Of a DNA stretch of 64,000 nt, positions 63,032 through 64,000 are shown one piece after another. The notes below the pieces were generated by a model. The model did no database searches, was not told the origin of the DNA, and saw only the letters and a program-made list of their open reading frames with translations. The DNA comes from Perna viridis. Lineage: Eukaryota. Position 1 is the stretch's first letter; each line of letters opens with the position of its first letter. Both the position numbers and the translations under genes were made by a program. The stretch is from the NCBI GenBank assembly GCA_037379345.1, contig CM074524.1:19402750-19466749 (forward strand). Direction: 5' to 3'.

Positions 63032-64000
63032 ATAGTCTTTAAACCGATTTTGTTTTCATAAGAAATTATAAATAAATAAATAAGCAGAAATCAAACAATA
63101 AATTAATACATTGTTTCCTCATTCATATGGTGCAGTCATGATTTATTCACGGATTTTTTAATCCTGATTTTACCTGCGTGTTTCTTTTTCTTACTGTATG
63201 TTTGCTTCCGGTTTCACTATTTTCCGCTTTTTATTGACTTTGTAACATAATTGAATGTGAATATTTTATTGAGATTTAGTCTTTTTTCATCGTCATTGCT
63301 TCTTCAAATCCAGATAGATATTGTAATCATTTTGCATAATTGAAAAGAAGGGTAAACGTTATTTTTAGTATTTTTATGCCATTTGACGAACATGCAAATG
63401 ATGGGATATGAGAGAGGTTGGGGAGGAGTGTTTGTGAATCTAGTATCCCACATAAATAATGACAATCATTTTTATTAAAAATGTTAATGAGTATATTGCA
63501 GATTATTATCTGTGTAATAATAATAATGTATGTATTTGTCATAAGAGTGTTCATGTCATCTCTAAGAGACATTTGGTCACCCTCGAGGCTTTTACTCGGG
63601 TAATATCATTTCATGTTCAATCTTGCCTTAATTTAATTGTTGATAGGACCAATTTGTCTTGCCTTGTAGTTTGACAAATACATTCCAAACTAAACTTCTT
63701 GTTTGTTATTATATATGACTTAAAGTGTGGTGAACCCTCGAGGACGAACCCTGACATTTTATGAGGAGGTTGGAGGACTCTGATAAGTGCGAATGGGGGT
63801 AGTACTTTCGTTTCATGGAAAGGTAAAAATAACAACGATGCATACAGCACTGTTATAATTAAAACATTATAAATGAAACGTAATAATGGTATTGAAACAT
63901 TTTCTTTCAGTGGGCTTAGCTTGTAAAACACCTATAAGGTGCATCCAGTTTTTAAAAAAGTCACAATTTGAATACTCCCAGTCCCTTGAATCGATCTGTT

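Noticed and set aside
1-64000. tRNA, rRNA or prokaryotic defence systems
   Set aside because: None recognised; the window is intron-rich eukaryotic DNA.

Overview
AT-rich animal genomic DNA, probably a bivalve mollusc (inferred from repeat content and gene style, not proven). Two multi-exon genes lie head-to-head. (i) An Elongin A orthologue on the minus strand: 11 coding exons, 22487->6462, about 1098 aa, with a TFIIS-N domain, a single 2.43-kb low-complexity exon and a BC-box/Elongin A domain. (ii) A GATA4/5/6-type transcription factor on the plus strand: coding exons 43145->61357, about 605 aa, two Cx2C-x17-Cx2C fingers. The ~20 kb between the promoters is mostly nested mobile DNA: an ORF1-only non-LTR element interrupted by a 5'-truncated RTE, a decayed CR1-like LINE with a degenerate 2A-like motif (itself hit by two SINE copies and a TAA-flanked MITE), a Penelope-like 3' fragment, and a near-complete RTEX-like LINE. 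There is a 135-N gap. Best leads: a ~500-bp TSD-flanked SINE-like family (4 full-length copies) whose non-tRNA head can fold into a pseudoknotted multi-stem RNA (candidate 5'-defining ribozyme or promoter); a hidden in-frame exon in the GATA inter-finger intron that could give a single-finger isoform; a spliced 50-codon uORF whose stop overlaps the GATA start (ATGA); and an in-frame ORF1-TAG-ORF2 junction with no ORF2 AUG. Exon structures were read by eye from GT/AG signals and phase continuity; no database searches were run.
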